DNA from: Nymphaea colorata
Lineage: Eukaryota
Reading direction: 5' to 3'
Length of the DNA stretch: 64,000 nucleotides
Assembly: GCF_008831285.2 (NCBI RefSeq)
Contig: NC_045138.2
Location: 62,001 to 126,000, forward strand
Part shown: positions 52,043-64,000 of the stretch, piece after piece
Position numbering within the stretch: the stretch's first letter is position 1
Layout of the letters: each line of letters opens with the position of its first letter
The notes under the pieces: generated by a model
What the model was told of the DNA's origin: nothing
Database searches by the model: none
What the model saw: the letters and a program-made list of their open reading frames with translations, nothing else
Position numbers and translations under genes: made by a program

Positions 52043-52405
52043 TAGGGATCTCAATATGTCCGATTTAAATCGGACATCCAACCGAATTGTTCCACAAAAA
52101 TCAGATATGAAAAAAAAAATTAATATCTTATTAAGAATCAAATCAGATTCGGATTTAAAAAATGATATTCAATAGGATTCATATTCAAATTCGAATACTA
52201 ATTCAGATAGGATTTATTTTTAAATAAATATCCTACATCTAATGCTTTTACAATTCAAAAATTAGTCAAATTTGGCTAAAAATTCAGATTCAGATTTAGA
52301 TATGAATGCAAAAGCTGGATTTAGATTGTGAAGTCAGATTTGATATTCAGATTCAAATATGACTTTTCTTTGTCCGTATTTGATTCCGATCGGTTGACAT
52401 CTCTA
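52043..52405. mobile_element. hAT-type MITE (ATCCGA family)
   Basis: TIR TAGGGATCTCAA / TTGACATCTCTA; TSD CCCCTAAT / CCCCCATT (6/8); opposite orientation to 16296-16730. Confidence 0.85.
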
Positions 52406-53077
52406 CCCCCATTGTCATATACCCTTATGCTTTCAAGATTCCGGCTTGATTTAAAAGAACAAGTAAACTTATGGTACATCATTTAACTCCGGTATCATGT
52501 TGTCATGAATTATAGCCCAAGAGTCACATCTCTTCGTATTGTTTGACACCCAGTTTGGTCTAATATATTTTCATTTGATCATCTCTCTCTCTTTCTTTCC
52601 ACATTCATATTGGTGCCAACCAGGATTTCAATTGGCTATTAAGTGTCCCATATCACTCCATTCAAAGGAAACCAAGGTCTTCCAGAAAATCTTTAGACTA
52701 ATCTGGTCTTCTTCAATTGGCTATTAATATACTTGTTATATTAGATTAACCTGGTCTTCTCAAAATAGGATATTCGTCACCTTATGCGGAAAAAAATCCC
52801 CACAAGTTAGAATGAATAAAAGATAGCCAACTTTATGTTGGATATGGTTGTTCACTTTGCGATGAAACCGTAAGGCCTACTGGCTAAGAATCAAATATTT
52901 TATAGAAACAGAGCAGTCACTACTCGGCAGGTTGCTAATTATGCCTCATGACCAACAACAAGTGGGATTGCTAGACCTCTACAAAAAACTGCAATCCCTT
53001 ATAGATTGTTCTACGTTGGCTCCCAACAGGCCCCAATAATTGTTGGGCTTGTTCCCAGTGTCATTTGCACCCTTCTC

Positions 53078-53080
<3 letters not shown>

Positions 53081-53150
<70 letters not shown>
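53081..53150. repeat. compound (CT)n(TA)n microsatellite
   Basis: Adjacent CT and TA runs. Confidence 0.95.
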
Positions 53151-53152
<2 letters not shown>

Positions 53153-53257
53153 ACGTACTAAAATTTGGCGTTGCAACCAGACATGCATCAATTGCTCATT
53201 CTCGTAGGCCTTTTAAAACTGTTTGGTCTCTTCTAAAGTGACGTTGAATGAAAACAC

Positions 53258-53513
53258 TAAGCCTGGGTAACGGGCTCGGGTACCCGACGGATAGGTACCT
53301 AGTACTCAGCTTGATGGGGTTTGATTAACAATTTTTTTAAATTTATTTATTATTTTTAATAATAATATATTTTTTAGTATTAAAAATATATTTCAAATTC
53401 AAATTTTGTATTTTAATTGAGCTGGCGAGACCAAACCCAAGCTCGGGTTTTGAGCATTGGGCCAACCCGGGCCCAATTCTTATGGGGCCAGGCCAACCCA
53501 GTTCTCAGGTCTA
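53258..53513. mobile_element. hAT-type MITE (GGGCCGGGCC family)
   Basis: Ends TAAGCCTGGGTAAC / GTTCTCAGGTCTA; left arm resembles 4470-4500. Confidence 0.75.
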
Positions 53514-53595
53514 AGAACAACAGTCACATCACTATTATTAATGGTGGTGTGGGGACATCTTCTGACCTAGCCAATATATTTGGCTACACCATAAG

Positions 53596-53788
53596 AGGGG
53601 CAAAGCTAAGGGAGGCCTTGGACCCTTTTTTTAAAAAAAAAAAAAAAAAAAAACTACATGTAAATTTTGAAAAATTTCATTTGCCTTACATAAAAATTTT
53701 AAAATATAATATTTTAGCTCATGTCAAAGTTTAGAAACTTTAATTTTAGCTCTAGCCATAAAAAAAAAAAATTCTAGCTTCGCCCTTA
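53596..53788. mobile_element. short hAT-type MITE (CAGGGGCGGAGCC family)
   Basis: Ends AGGGGCAAAGCTA / TAGCTTCGCCCTTA; TSD ACCATAAG / ACCACAAG (7/8). Confidence 0.8.
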
Positions 53789-53809
53789 ACCACAAGTGGT
53801 CAAGCGAAG

Positions 53810-54250
53810 TGAAGTTTAAGTATTTGGGTCGTCCTTTGCATGCCTTCGACATCGTTGACAAGATTGAAAAGAAACTCCAAGCTCAAAAGGGTCAGTACCT
53901 CTCGCGCTATGCCTCTTCGACAAGTTCTGTCAACGATTCGCGTGTTTAGATGATGGCCCATATGATGCCAGCTTGTGTAGTCTCAGGGATTAATGCCATT
54001 CTTAGGCGCTTCCATTGTAACGAATGGTGACGGCAGTGGCTCTAATCGGCACCTCCACTGGTGGGAGGAGATCATCGGGCCTAAGCAATTTGGAGGCCTT
54101 AGTTTAGTATCCCTTAGCGAATGGATTGCCATCCTTCTTAAGTTGTTGATTTTATCCAACCATATGTATGTCCAAGCGGCGCAGGCGCTTCTGGAAATTC
54201 TGGCTGTTTACGAGTTGGCAGGCAACTATGGTTACTAAGGGATGACGTCG
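53810..54250 (+). pseudogene. old LINE ORF2 fragment of a different family
   Basis: KYLGRPL..IVDKIEKKL..KGQYLS and HWWEEIIGPKQFGGL resemble the post-RT motifs YLGxPL and WxxxxxPKxxGGLG; DNA not similar to the 42954-48240 family. Confidence 0.6.
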
Positions 54251-54572
54251 TCTTTGGTGAGGAACGCGTCAATTTGAGAACCTTGGAGTTGGACATAATG
54301 TTTGATGTTGCTCTTTTCTTTTTATTTGAAGACAAAAATTACCACTTTTCTTAAGCCTCAGGGTTGTCTTATCACCTTTTTGGTATCTTATCTCATTTAA
54401 AGTTTATCCTTTGTATTGCTTTTATATTTTGCTGTTTTGCCAGTGGTCTTCAGCTGTATGTTTTCTTCCTCCAACCTTGACTCGTGGCCAGGTTTTTTAG
54501 TGATATGAGCTGACTCCAATGATTCTATACTTCCAACATCTTGTTCGAGACTGGTCACGTTGAGTGTCTCCT

Positions 54573-56061
54573 GTATCGTGGTTGTATTTGCTGCAAGTGT
54601 TGGAGTGTATGAATTTTGTTAGACGATATGTCTCTTGGATGAAAGATTTGCTTACCAAATAAAAGACATATCTCGTTGTCAATGGATGTCGAGTGCCCTC
54701 CTTGATACCGCAAAGAGAAGTTCGGCAAGGCTGGCTTTTATTCTCTGCCTTGTTCAACATAATAATAGAAGGTTTAGAAATCTTAATTAAAAGGGCAATC
54801 ACAAGTGTGTTGCTTAACCCGATCAATGTGGATGGCCTCTCATCTAATATTATTCAGTGTTGAGATGATGGTAACGTTGCTCATTATTCATATCTTCTTT
54901 ATGGCATCTAATCTTGACATTAATGAACGCAAAATGTCTATTACCTTCTTAAATGTTGAAATATACACTAAGTTTGCTACCTCTTATATTTTTTAATGTC
55001 AAATTGTTGATCTTCTTATTAAATACTTGGAGTTTCCTTTTCAAGTTCAAGTAATCAAGACACTCTCTTAGTTGTCGATCGTTGACAATATTAACATAGA
55101 TTGGCTTCTTTGAAATCTCGATATTTGTCCTCTTTTCCATCTTATTTCTTATTGGTACTCTCTTTACTTGCTAAGGTGGAAAAGGAGATCAATTGTATTC
55201 TCAAGAAATTTTTGTGACGTGGGACAAACCTAGAGAAGAAAAAACATCTCGTGGCTTGAGAATTGGTTACTCTGTGTTCTGCTCGTGGGGGTATACCAAT
55301 TCCATATATCAATAACAAAAAATATTTCTCTTATTTTAAAGTGATGGGCTTTTATTCAAAGCTCCAAATCAATTTGTGTGATGGGTGTGGGAGACAAATA
55401 CAATTTGCATAGTCTCTGTTTTGATTTGATGAGATCGTAGATATCTACCTTCATTAAGTGCAGTTCAAAGACAGTTTTTACAAAACATTTTTCTTTATGG
55501 GCATGAAAAGGCAAAAGGGTGTTTCTCTGTACCTCGTGCTTACAGTTTCCCTTCAACCTCTTGGTATTGACTGGTTCCTTCATAATCTTCTTTGGGCTGG
55601 GGTCTTATTCGACAATTCAAAACTCTTGTTTGGCTTATTCCCATGGTGGAGCTAGAATTTTTTTGCTATGGAGCACTCTTATAAAAATTCTCATTTTTGA
55701 AGGGACATAACATAAATAATGTAAGAAATCTATGTAAAAATATATGAAAATAAATAAAAATTTTGTTGCTGGCATGGGCAACTGCCCACGCAGTCTATAT
55801 ATAGCTCCGCTACTGGCTTATTCTGTTGGACCGCATTCAGACTCAAAATAACCTCAAATTGAAGTTGTCTCGTCTCAACGCATGGCATCCTCCATTATGA
55901 TGTTGGTTAATTTTTTTATAACTTATGGAGGAATGTGGTATATTCAACTTCTTACAAAACTTAAGAGCTGAGTCTTAAATGTAATTTCTTTTTTCAAGTT
56001 CAAATCTTTTTTTGGATTTGTGTTAATTTTATTCTCCTCTCTCTCTCTCTCTCTCTCTCTC
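54573..56061 (+). mobile_element. 5'-truncated, internally deleted copy of the LINE at 42954-48240
   Basis: Colinear with 46555-48240 (e.g. identical TTGCTTAACCCGATCAATGTGGATGGCCTCTCATCTAATATTATTCAGT); ends in (CT)n. Confidence 0.92.
55641..55815. mobile_element. short hAT-type MITE nested in the LINE fragment
   Basis: Ends ..GGTGGAGCTA / TAGCTCCGCTACTG; perfect TSD GCTTATTC (55633-55640 and 55816-55823); the empty site is visible in the paralogous LINE near 47710-47725. Confidence 0.9.
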
Positions 56062-57626
56062 CACCTTTTTAGTAACAAGATAAGAAGAAAGATGCAAATA
56101 AAGGTAAGACCTGTGAGTATTTAGACAGGATACGTAGGAAATCGTTTAGGAAAGTATGACCTCTTTTAAGATCCATTAATCTTGTAGCCGGAAGAATGGT
56201 TGTAGAAAGAAGAAACCTAATGGATAACAAACCTAAGCGAAAACCTGACCTTTTAAACTTAACTATTAATTTTTTTTTTTTTTTGCAATCTCACCTTATA
56301 GGCATGATCCTAAGAGTAACTTGATGAGAAACATATATTTAGTTAGCTGGTTTCTTCTTCAAACAATAGTTTTTTAATAGTAAAAAAATGAACAACTTTT
56401 GTAACATCAAAACTTTGATAGTATAAAGATCAATTACTTTTACAAAAATTGTTTGAACTAAAGCACAATTTATATTAAATTAGTGTCTATAAACACATTA
56501 AACAGGTTCATTATTTTGGGTAAAATACTTTTTAACATGAATTTAAAAAGTCTGATTATATATATATATATATATATATGAAAATTAATTTGATTCCAAG
56601 TTTATCTTATATGCGCGAGTTGTTTTACAACGAGAGTTGTTTTCTCTGAATTTGGCGGCATGGATACATGGAGCGTGTTCGGTCGAAATCTTATCATAAC
56701 TATCGACGATATATGATGTAGGCTTCCTGTATTTTATGCATTTTAGGCAATTCGTATTTGCAATCTCTATCAGAAAAATAGACGATGTTGGCTTATCATA
56801 TTTTATGCATTTTCGGCTATTTGTTTTTGAATCTACAAATAGACGTTAACTTCTCTGGTGATTCAAAAGTTGAAACCCACTAACTCAAACCTATGGGTCA
56901 CATTTATATGGTCATATGTACAAGCAATTATGAAAAAAAATACCGGCAATAATATACACCTCGGCTCTGACAAATCTGAGCACTAATCAGATTTTGAGTT
57001 CACTTAAGAATTTAAAATCGATTCCCGATTAGTTTCGGATCATAAATGTTGGATCTTATGCTAGTCGGATCTGAATTCACGATTCAGTTAAATCCAGTAA
57101 AATAAAGTCCTGTTAATGGAATTCCGTAAATACTAAACCCGGACCAAATTAGGTCACAACTCTCACAATTAAAGATTTTTTTTTTCTGATTCTGGTTACC
57201 AACCGATTTTTAATTCATTTAGTCAAATTGAGGAAAAAGTTTTAAATTTGATTACCAATCATGTTCAGATTGAGTATGCAGCAACTGAATTTGAATTCAA
57301 CTATGATATCGCATTGAGATTCAAAACAAAGATGATCCAATTACATATATAGATTGTTGATTCTTATGTTTGTCGGAATTCAGTAACGAAAAAAAAAGAG
57401 CCCGATTCTAAGCCACAACCCAAATCCAATAAGATAAAATCTGATCAATGGTATCCAGTTAGGGCCAAATTAGACCAGAATGCAAACAAATTTATCCACT
57501 AAATCAAACGCGTAGATCGTATCTATATAAACTTATTTTTTAATGTTTATTTGGAGGGAACCGACTTTTGTATAAACTCCCTCAAGTCGTTACCCTTTAC
57601 ACTTCTTGCTTGCCTTGGCTTATGGG

Positions 57627-58202
57627 TGGGGGTGAACACGAACCGAGTAGAGCCCGAGTTCACTCAGCTCGAGCTCGGCTCGACTAATGAATCCTCGAGC
57701 TCAACTCGGCTCAAGCTTGAGAACAACTCAACGGACTCGGTAGTTATGTGTGAGCTCGAGCTCGACTCGATTTAGGCTCGACAAACTCATTTGAATAAAA
57801 TTGATATTCATCGTTACGTGCTGAGCTCGAGCTCGACTCGTTTAAGGCTCGACAAACTCGTTTGAATAGAATTGATATATTCATCGTTATGTGTTGAGCT
57901 CAAGCTCAACTCGATTAAAGCTTGACAAACTAGTAAACTCGTTTGAATATATCGACTTGATTAAGGCTCGAGCTCGACTCGACAGTTACGTGTTGAGCTC
58001 GAATTCAATTCGATTATTTGAACGAGTTGACTCATGAACTCGAGCTCGACTCGGCAGTTACGTGTTGAGCTCGAATTCAATTCGATTATTTGAACGAGTC
58101 GACTCATGAACTCGAGCTCGACTCGTTAAGTAAATGACTCGTCTCAAACTCGTTCATGAGCCGAGCTTTAATGACTCGAGCTCGACTCGTTGTTCACCCT
58201 TA
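57627..58202. mobile_element. hAT-type MITE (GAGCTCGAGCTCGA family)
   Basis: TIR TGGGGGTGAACA / TGTTCACCCTTA; TSD CTTATGGG / GTTTTGGG (6/8); internal tandem repeats. Confidence 0.88.
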
Positions 58203-58888
58203 GTTTTGGGTGAGTTTACAGTATATTATTCATTTGGAGTACCTATCGTGCTTGCCACCATTTTCAGCTCAAAAGGGTAAGATACCGAGCAACAGTGACT
58301 ATAAAAATTCAAACCTCGGACCCATTGAATGTAAACCATTTTCCTTTAAGGCATTTGTATGGTTACAACTCATCCAAAAAGAGAGAGAGAGAAAAAAAAA
58401 AAGGGGGGGAAAGTCATGCGACGAAATGGTCTAACATTGAACACATTCTTCTTCTTTCTTCAGGAAAAAAAAAACGAAAAACAAAAAACACCTGAACTTG
58501 TTTTCGTCTCCTGATTCATTCTGTACAAATTGATTAACTCGAAGACAGAACAAGAGGCGGCAATTCGTCCTTACCGACTCTGCTACTTGAGAGATAAAGC
58601 AACAGAAAGTTTGGCAGAGAAAATCCCGACTGGAGATCGATGCTGTTGACAGGTGCTTAGTTGTCGCTATAAAATATATAAAATTTCTCGTGACAGGGAC
58701 ATTCCATCCCATGGATTAAATAAAGAAAATGCACGAATATATTTCGTGTGGATGACAACAATAATACCAAGTGGTAAGGGAAAATTTGAGAAAGATGACA
58801 AGTCTACATGATTTTGAACAAATCTTTTTTGTTGTTCTGAACTGCCAGTGGGCCTTGATGTTGCCACACAAAAGCTTATAAAACTTTT

Positions 58889-59048
58889 CCCATGCAATTG
58901 TATGCGCATGTTCGCAGACGACTAAAAATTAAAAAGTTATCACTTAAAAAAGACATTCTATTATCAATGACTATTGAAACAGGGTCTGTCCCATGCAATT
59001 GTATGTCGCATGTTCCTAAACACGACTAAAAATTAAAAATTTATCACT
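58889..59048. repeat. local direct duplication, about 55-bp unit at about 100-bp spacing
   Basis: CCCATGCAATTGTATG..CGACTAAAAATTAAAAA.TTATCACT occurs twice. Confidence 0.85.
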
Positions 59049-61064
59049 ATCATTGTATTATCTGGATTCAGAGACGGGCCAAACGATTCATCAAACTTAT
59101 CTGAGTAGGATCAAACTAAATCCAGTTATGACCAAACTAAATCCGAATCTAAAAAATACATTATCCAACCAAAAATTTTCAATTTTTGTAATGTAATTTT
59201 TTTTCAATTAGTTGGGTGGAGCCACGGCCTAAGCGAGTCCCTCCCTCCATCCGCCCTTGCCCATGGAGGCTATGGTATCTTATTACAAACAGGAAAACAA
59301 GTTTCTTGCTTGTTTTAGGGTTTGATGTAGAATATTGTGTTGGATAGCTAAAATTTAAGAATTTATTCCAAAAAAAGTTGTTATATTTATATTACCGTTT
59401 TATTGTGTGATAATAACTTATGGTGGCTTTCGCTTAGATTTATAATCCTTTTAGCAATAAACTTAGATTTTCATATCCGGCAACACTGACTCTCTATCTC
59501 TCTCTCCCTTTCTCTCTCTAAAATAATTGGTTTTTCCAGGCATTCATCCATCCAGCCACGTGTGTAAGACTTTCAATGAACAAATGGCCTGAAATCTGAG
59601 GATTTCAGCTGTTCATATTTATATTGCTGAGGACACGAAACAATGTTTCGTATTGTGTTAATAAGATAGAAATTATTAAAATAACCCAAATCTTATTCTT
59701 TATCATAAATCTCCTTTAGTCACCTTTTAGTCATACCCAAAATGATGTAACTACATAGTTAACTATATCAAGATTAGTAGGCTTTTGTATGAATGTTTAA
59801 ACTGCGTTAAAGAGTTGGTGCCTTTCATTTTTTTTATAGAGCCAGGTGCTAATTTTTTCACTATGTTAACCGTTAACAAAAAATGATTTAGAAAATCTTC
59901 TAAGCTAACCAAGAATAACTGAAATTGTGAATTTTTTTATTATTGTTGAATTTTTAATTGGGCAGGTGAAGATGTTCAAGGTTGAATTACTTGCCTACTG
60001 AGTCATCAAGTCTACATATCTCATGCCTCATAATCGTTGTAATACCTCAAATTGTTATTCTTTTAAGTCGCAAATGGCGGCAAACACGACATCAGAGTTG
60101 AAAGATGTATTATATGTTCATCCAAGTCCCAAAACAAGCAAGAAACTTGAAGGCAACGATGAATGAAGTTTAATATGAAATGTGGTTTTTACTAAGTAAA
60201 CATTAAAAAGAATTAAATAGGAAAACGTTGAATTGGGAGGTGGTGCATAGTTAATTAGGAAAACTTTGAATTGAGAGATGGCGTGGAAACCAAGTTTTTT
60301 CATTTACTCCCAAAGAACTTTATATAATATTATGTTGTATTATATCATTTACTCCCAACAACTAACCAAAGAAGTTTATATTATATTATATGTTTGTTAT
60401 TTTATATTATATTGCAACATGTGTAGGCTTGTCGGATCTGAATTTAGATTAAAACACGAGAACACAAATCCAAGTTCCAACCCAAATTTAGGTACATAGT
60501 CTCCAATCAAATCAAATTAGGCAAATCCATGCAATACCACCGTTGGCTTCATTGTTCATGCAAAGATCCAAGAACAATAAGTTCCTTTCCGAATTTAAAA
60601 GGAAAAATATTGACAGCCCTTCAATGTGCTCAAGCTTTCTTACTCTTCTTTATATAATATGACATTCGATATGAAAAGAGATGGGGGCAGCCTTGTGTAA
60701 AAGTTACCAACAAAAAATATAATCGAACGGCCTGTATACATTCCCTTAGGAAATAATTACAAATAGCTGCTCAATAGTTGAACAATTCATAGACAACGGC
60801 TTAACTTTTGTAGTGTTACTTTTTTAGTGCTCATGGGTTTACTGGTAAATCTCCAATCCCACTTAACATTTTTCCGTCGGCTTTCATGGCTGATGTGATC
60901 GTTAGAGAATTGAAATGTTAAGTGCTAAAATGTAACCCTCCAAAAGTTGAAGCGGCTGTTTGAATTTCGGCTTAAATATTGAGCAGTTGTTTGGAAATAT
61001 TTTAGAAAGAGAATATACGTATAGTGAGAGGGAGAGAAGCGGCTTCGAGTCTGGACCGGATACA

Positions 61065-61280
61065 GTGGGACCCAGAGCTGAGTCAGGGTGGTGGGTCCCA
61101 CCAGGCAATCAACCAGGTTCATGTTTCATCGTGGAGTGGGGTCAACTCGTGTGGGCCACGGTACTAGAAAGGCCTGTGGGTCCCACGAGAGTCTTTGCCG
61201 CTGGCGTTCTCTTGTGTTGTTTCGTGCAGGGCCCATCATATTCAGCAATGGATGGCCTGGATGAATCCACGTGTCACGTT
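61065..61280 (+). promoter_or_regulatory. probable SKP2A proximal promoter: TCP-type site cluster plus G-box
   Basis: GTGGGACCCA 61065, GTGGGTCCCAC 61091 and 61176, GTGGGCCAC 61151, GGGCCCAT 61229, CACGTG 61268, followed by a CT-rich leader and a donor site at 61412. Confidence 0.65.
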
Positions 61281-63118
61281 TTCTCGCTTCCCTCCGGTTT
61301 CTTCTTCCTCCGCAAATTCAACTCCCACACTCAAAGGCCTCTCTCTATGCCCTTTCGCCGGAGCTCCGATCATCCTACGACGTATTTTTGGTGCTGGTTT
61401 GCGGAGCTCAGGTCATTTGACTCATTTTCCGGTGCAGGGGAGGGAATTGCTGTCGAGTTTCTTTTCTCGTGCCGGGATTTAGAACACCGATTGCTTCTCG
61501 GCATAGGAGCGAAGATTCACTGTAAGCGTTTTGGTTGAGGCAGCCTCTTCGTGTTAGTTCGGTGTCGTTCGATATCTGCCCGTTTGTTGTGTCTTTGGCT
61601 TCTTGATTGTCTTGCCTTTGTGCTGATGATGGTGTCTTCTCGTTACTGCATTTCTGTATGTTGGGAAATGGGTTTTCTTCCTTTTCTGGTTGTGCATAAG
61701 GCTATTGAATCGGGGGCTCTGTTTTCTGAAGCTCTGTTTTCGTTGATGTCTGCTTGACGTTCCGGTGTTTAGTACACTTTCTTTTGGACCCTGTTATTGC
61801 TTTTGGTGAAAAGATATTCTTTTTCAGTCTTTGTGATTGTGCATGGTTTGATGAGTTAGTGAAGATGATGGCTTTCTCTGTTTCTGCAAATTGTAGTTTG
61901 AATATCTATACGCGTGTTTTCGGTGAATGGTGATTGTTGGTCCTTCTAGGTTCCTCCATTTGGAACTCTCTTTCTCTTTCTCTCTCCGTGTGTGTGTGTG
62001 TGTGTCTGAGAGACGACCTTCGTTGACGGGGTTGGTGGGCAGGATTGTTCAGAACAATTGGGGAAAGAGTTTTGAGCCGTCTTGATAATTTTTACGGTTG
62101 CAATTAGGAAACCCAGCTAATTATGATCAACGTTGTTTCAGAGGATTCGAGAGTTACCTTCCTGACGATAAAGTGAGTGTTAACTTTTTCTCTTAGGGTT
62201 GTTTGACTTAAGGATGAGACGGAAGTTTTTGTCGAGCTTGACTGATAATAAAAGGCTTTTCAGGTTTAATGAAAGAAAGGTCGTTTGAAAAAACTCCTCT
62301 TTAAAAGGTAAGAAAAAGATAGCCGAAGAGCAAATTTTTTGTCTATTGCTTGAGAGAAATAAGAAAACCTACTAATTTTTTGCAAAAACAGAAGGTTTAC
62401 CTGAGGCCTTAAGTATGGCCAACGCCAGAAGGGAGTTTTCCAAGAGGAGATTTTGTTGCTTCTGAAATGATGGTTACGAGGAATTTCCTTTTCTGGGTAT
62501 ACTAAACCTTTACTCTTGATACAATACGTCCACCGCTAGAGGCAGCCTTTTCTAGGAACGGGGTTGTGACTTCTGAGCTGGGTTTTATGTCTACGAGAAA
62601 TTTTCTTTTGTGGGTATCTCTTCTTTGCCGTTCCGGGCTCTGGAGAACCGACTTTGTCTTGTGCCTACCGTGGGAGGGTTGCAGAGTCTACTGCTACGCG
62701 TCCTAGTGGACAGTGGACAGTAGTAAGAGGGCATGCCTGTTGCCACCTGTTTGGTTGAGCTGTTTGTTTCTATATGAGCCCGCGTTTTCCTTCGTTTCCC
62801 CTTCGTTTTTCCGTGTCTCTGTTCTTATTTGTCAGTATATAATTCGTGGCTTTGTGTAAATTTTCTGCTTTCTTAGAGACCTTCGTTCAGTCCACAGGTT
62901 TCAATGTTTGCCTCTTGGTCTATATTACTGCTCTTTGCTTTCTGTGAAAGGTTAGGAGGATTGGGGCTGTTGCCACTTTCTCCTTCTCATCTAAGTGTCT
63001 TTTGTTTTCTGATACGTGTTTCTGCCCTGGTCTGCAGCTTTTCTGGTCTGCGCGTTTCGTAGTTAGACTTGGTGATAGACTGATCACAAAAGTTCTTCTT
63101 GCTTTTCGACTGCTGGTG

Positions 63119-63336
63119 ATGATGGTTGGATTGATGGGAACGGAGGATTTGAACATGGAGTTGCAGAAACTTGTTGTCGGAATGAACCCTTTTGGGGAGT
63201 GGAAGGACCTTCCTGGGGAGCTTATATTGCGGATTATGTCTCTTGTTGATGATCGTACTGTTATCATAGCGTCTGGTGTCTGTACCGGGTGGAGGGATGC
63301 TATCTGCATAGGCCTCAGCCGTATTTCTTTATCATG
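63119..63336 (+). CDS. SKP2A: F-box/LRR protein SKP2A/B-like, first coding exon; gene continues beyond the window
   Basis: MMVG..EWKDLPGELILRIMSLVDDRTVIIASGVCTGWRDAICIGLSRISLSW matches the plant SKP2 F-box; acceptor CTGCAG ends at 63037, donor TG|GTGAG at 63337. Confidence 0.92.
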
Positions 63337-64000
63337 GTGAGACGAAGCTGCTCTTTATGTTGCTCTTTTGGATGAATTTTTTTGCCCTTTTTTCTTACTT
63401 CACTTCGTTGGTGAAGGCTCTGATATAAAACAAATGCAATTGTCACGTATGGTTTGTCTTTTGTTGCATTTTCATCGTACTCCGAACTGATGTATCCGTG
63501 TTCATATTTATGCATTTATATACAGTCTTGGTTTAAATTCTGTCCTTCTGTTTGATAGATGCTGGTCTCCTTTTAGTTATCATTGAGATGTTGACTTATT
63601 GATCTATGTTTTCGGGCTACTGCTGATGTTCCTGTTGCATTTTTTTTTCCTTGGTCCTGCTGACAACCTATCTTGTTGAAAGATTTAGTTTCTCTATCTG
63701 AAGGTCATTCTTCTGTAGAGAGAAGAAAACCTGGCTTCTGTCCTATGTTTTTTCTGTGGCCTATCTTGTTGTTCTGTTTATGAAATTAAATCATCTTTTT
63801 GGTCATCCTTGAGTCGTTGACCCTGTAATTTCGATATAAATTTTTATTCAATTCTCAGCCAAATTTTTATTCAATTCTCAGTGGCTGGAGATCATCTAGA
63901 TTTATGGGTTGCTTGGAGATTTGACAAGCAAACAGCAAGCCCAATGTGTTTTCTGTCTCTCGATGCCTGTGAACTTTTTATCTTCTTCTTAAGGGGCGTA

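Noticed and set aside
60960..61538. 192-aa ORF upstream of SKP2A
   Set aside because: Non-ATG start, no recognisable domain, and it overlaps the promoter motifs and 5' UTR

Overview
Flowering-plant nuclear DNA (spliceosomal introns, a PPR gene, MITE-rich intergenic DNA); the species cannot be fixed from the sequence alone. Four protein-coding genes, all on +: the 3' part of a branched-chain alpha-keto acid dehydrogenase E1-alpha gene (1-1206), an intronless 953-aa P-class PPR gene (7253-10114), a 7-exon ACT-domain-repeat gene of the ACR3 type (31921-39029, 437 aa) and the first coding exon of an F-box SKP2A-like gene (63119-63336). The rest is largely transposon-derived. It includes a decayed L1-type LINE inserted about 100 bp after the ACR stop codon and itself interrupted by a 3.76-kb solo LTR with a perfect 5-bp TSD, two more truncated copies of the same LINE, back-to-back inverted LTR-element remnants upstream of the PPR gene, a probable tRNA-derived SINE, and many hAT-type (8-bp TSD) and Tourist-type MITEs. 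The most unusual signal is that all three copies of the LINE family end in (CT)n rather than poly(A). No CRISPR array, rRNA or intact tRNA gene was seen. All family assignments come from motif recognition by eye, not from database searches.
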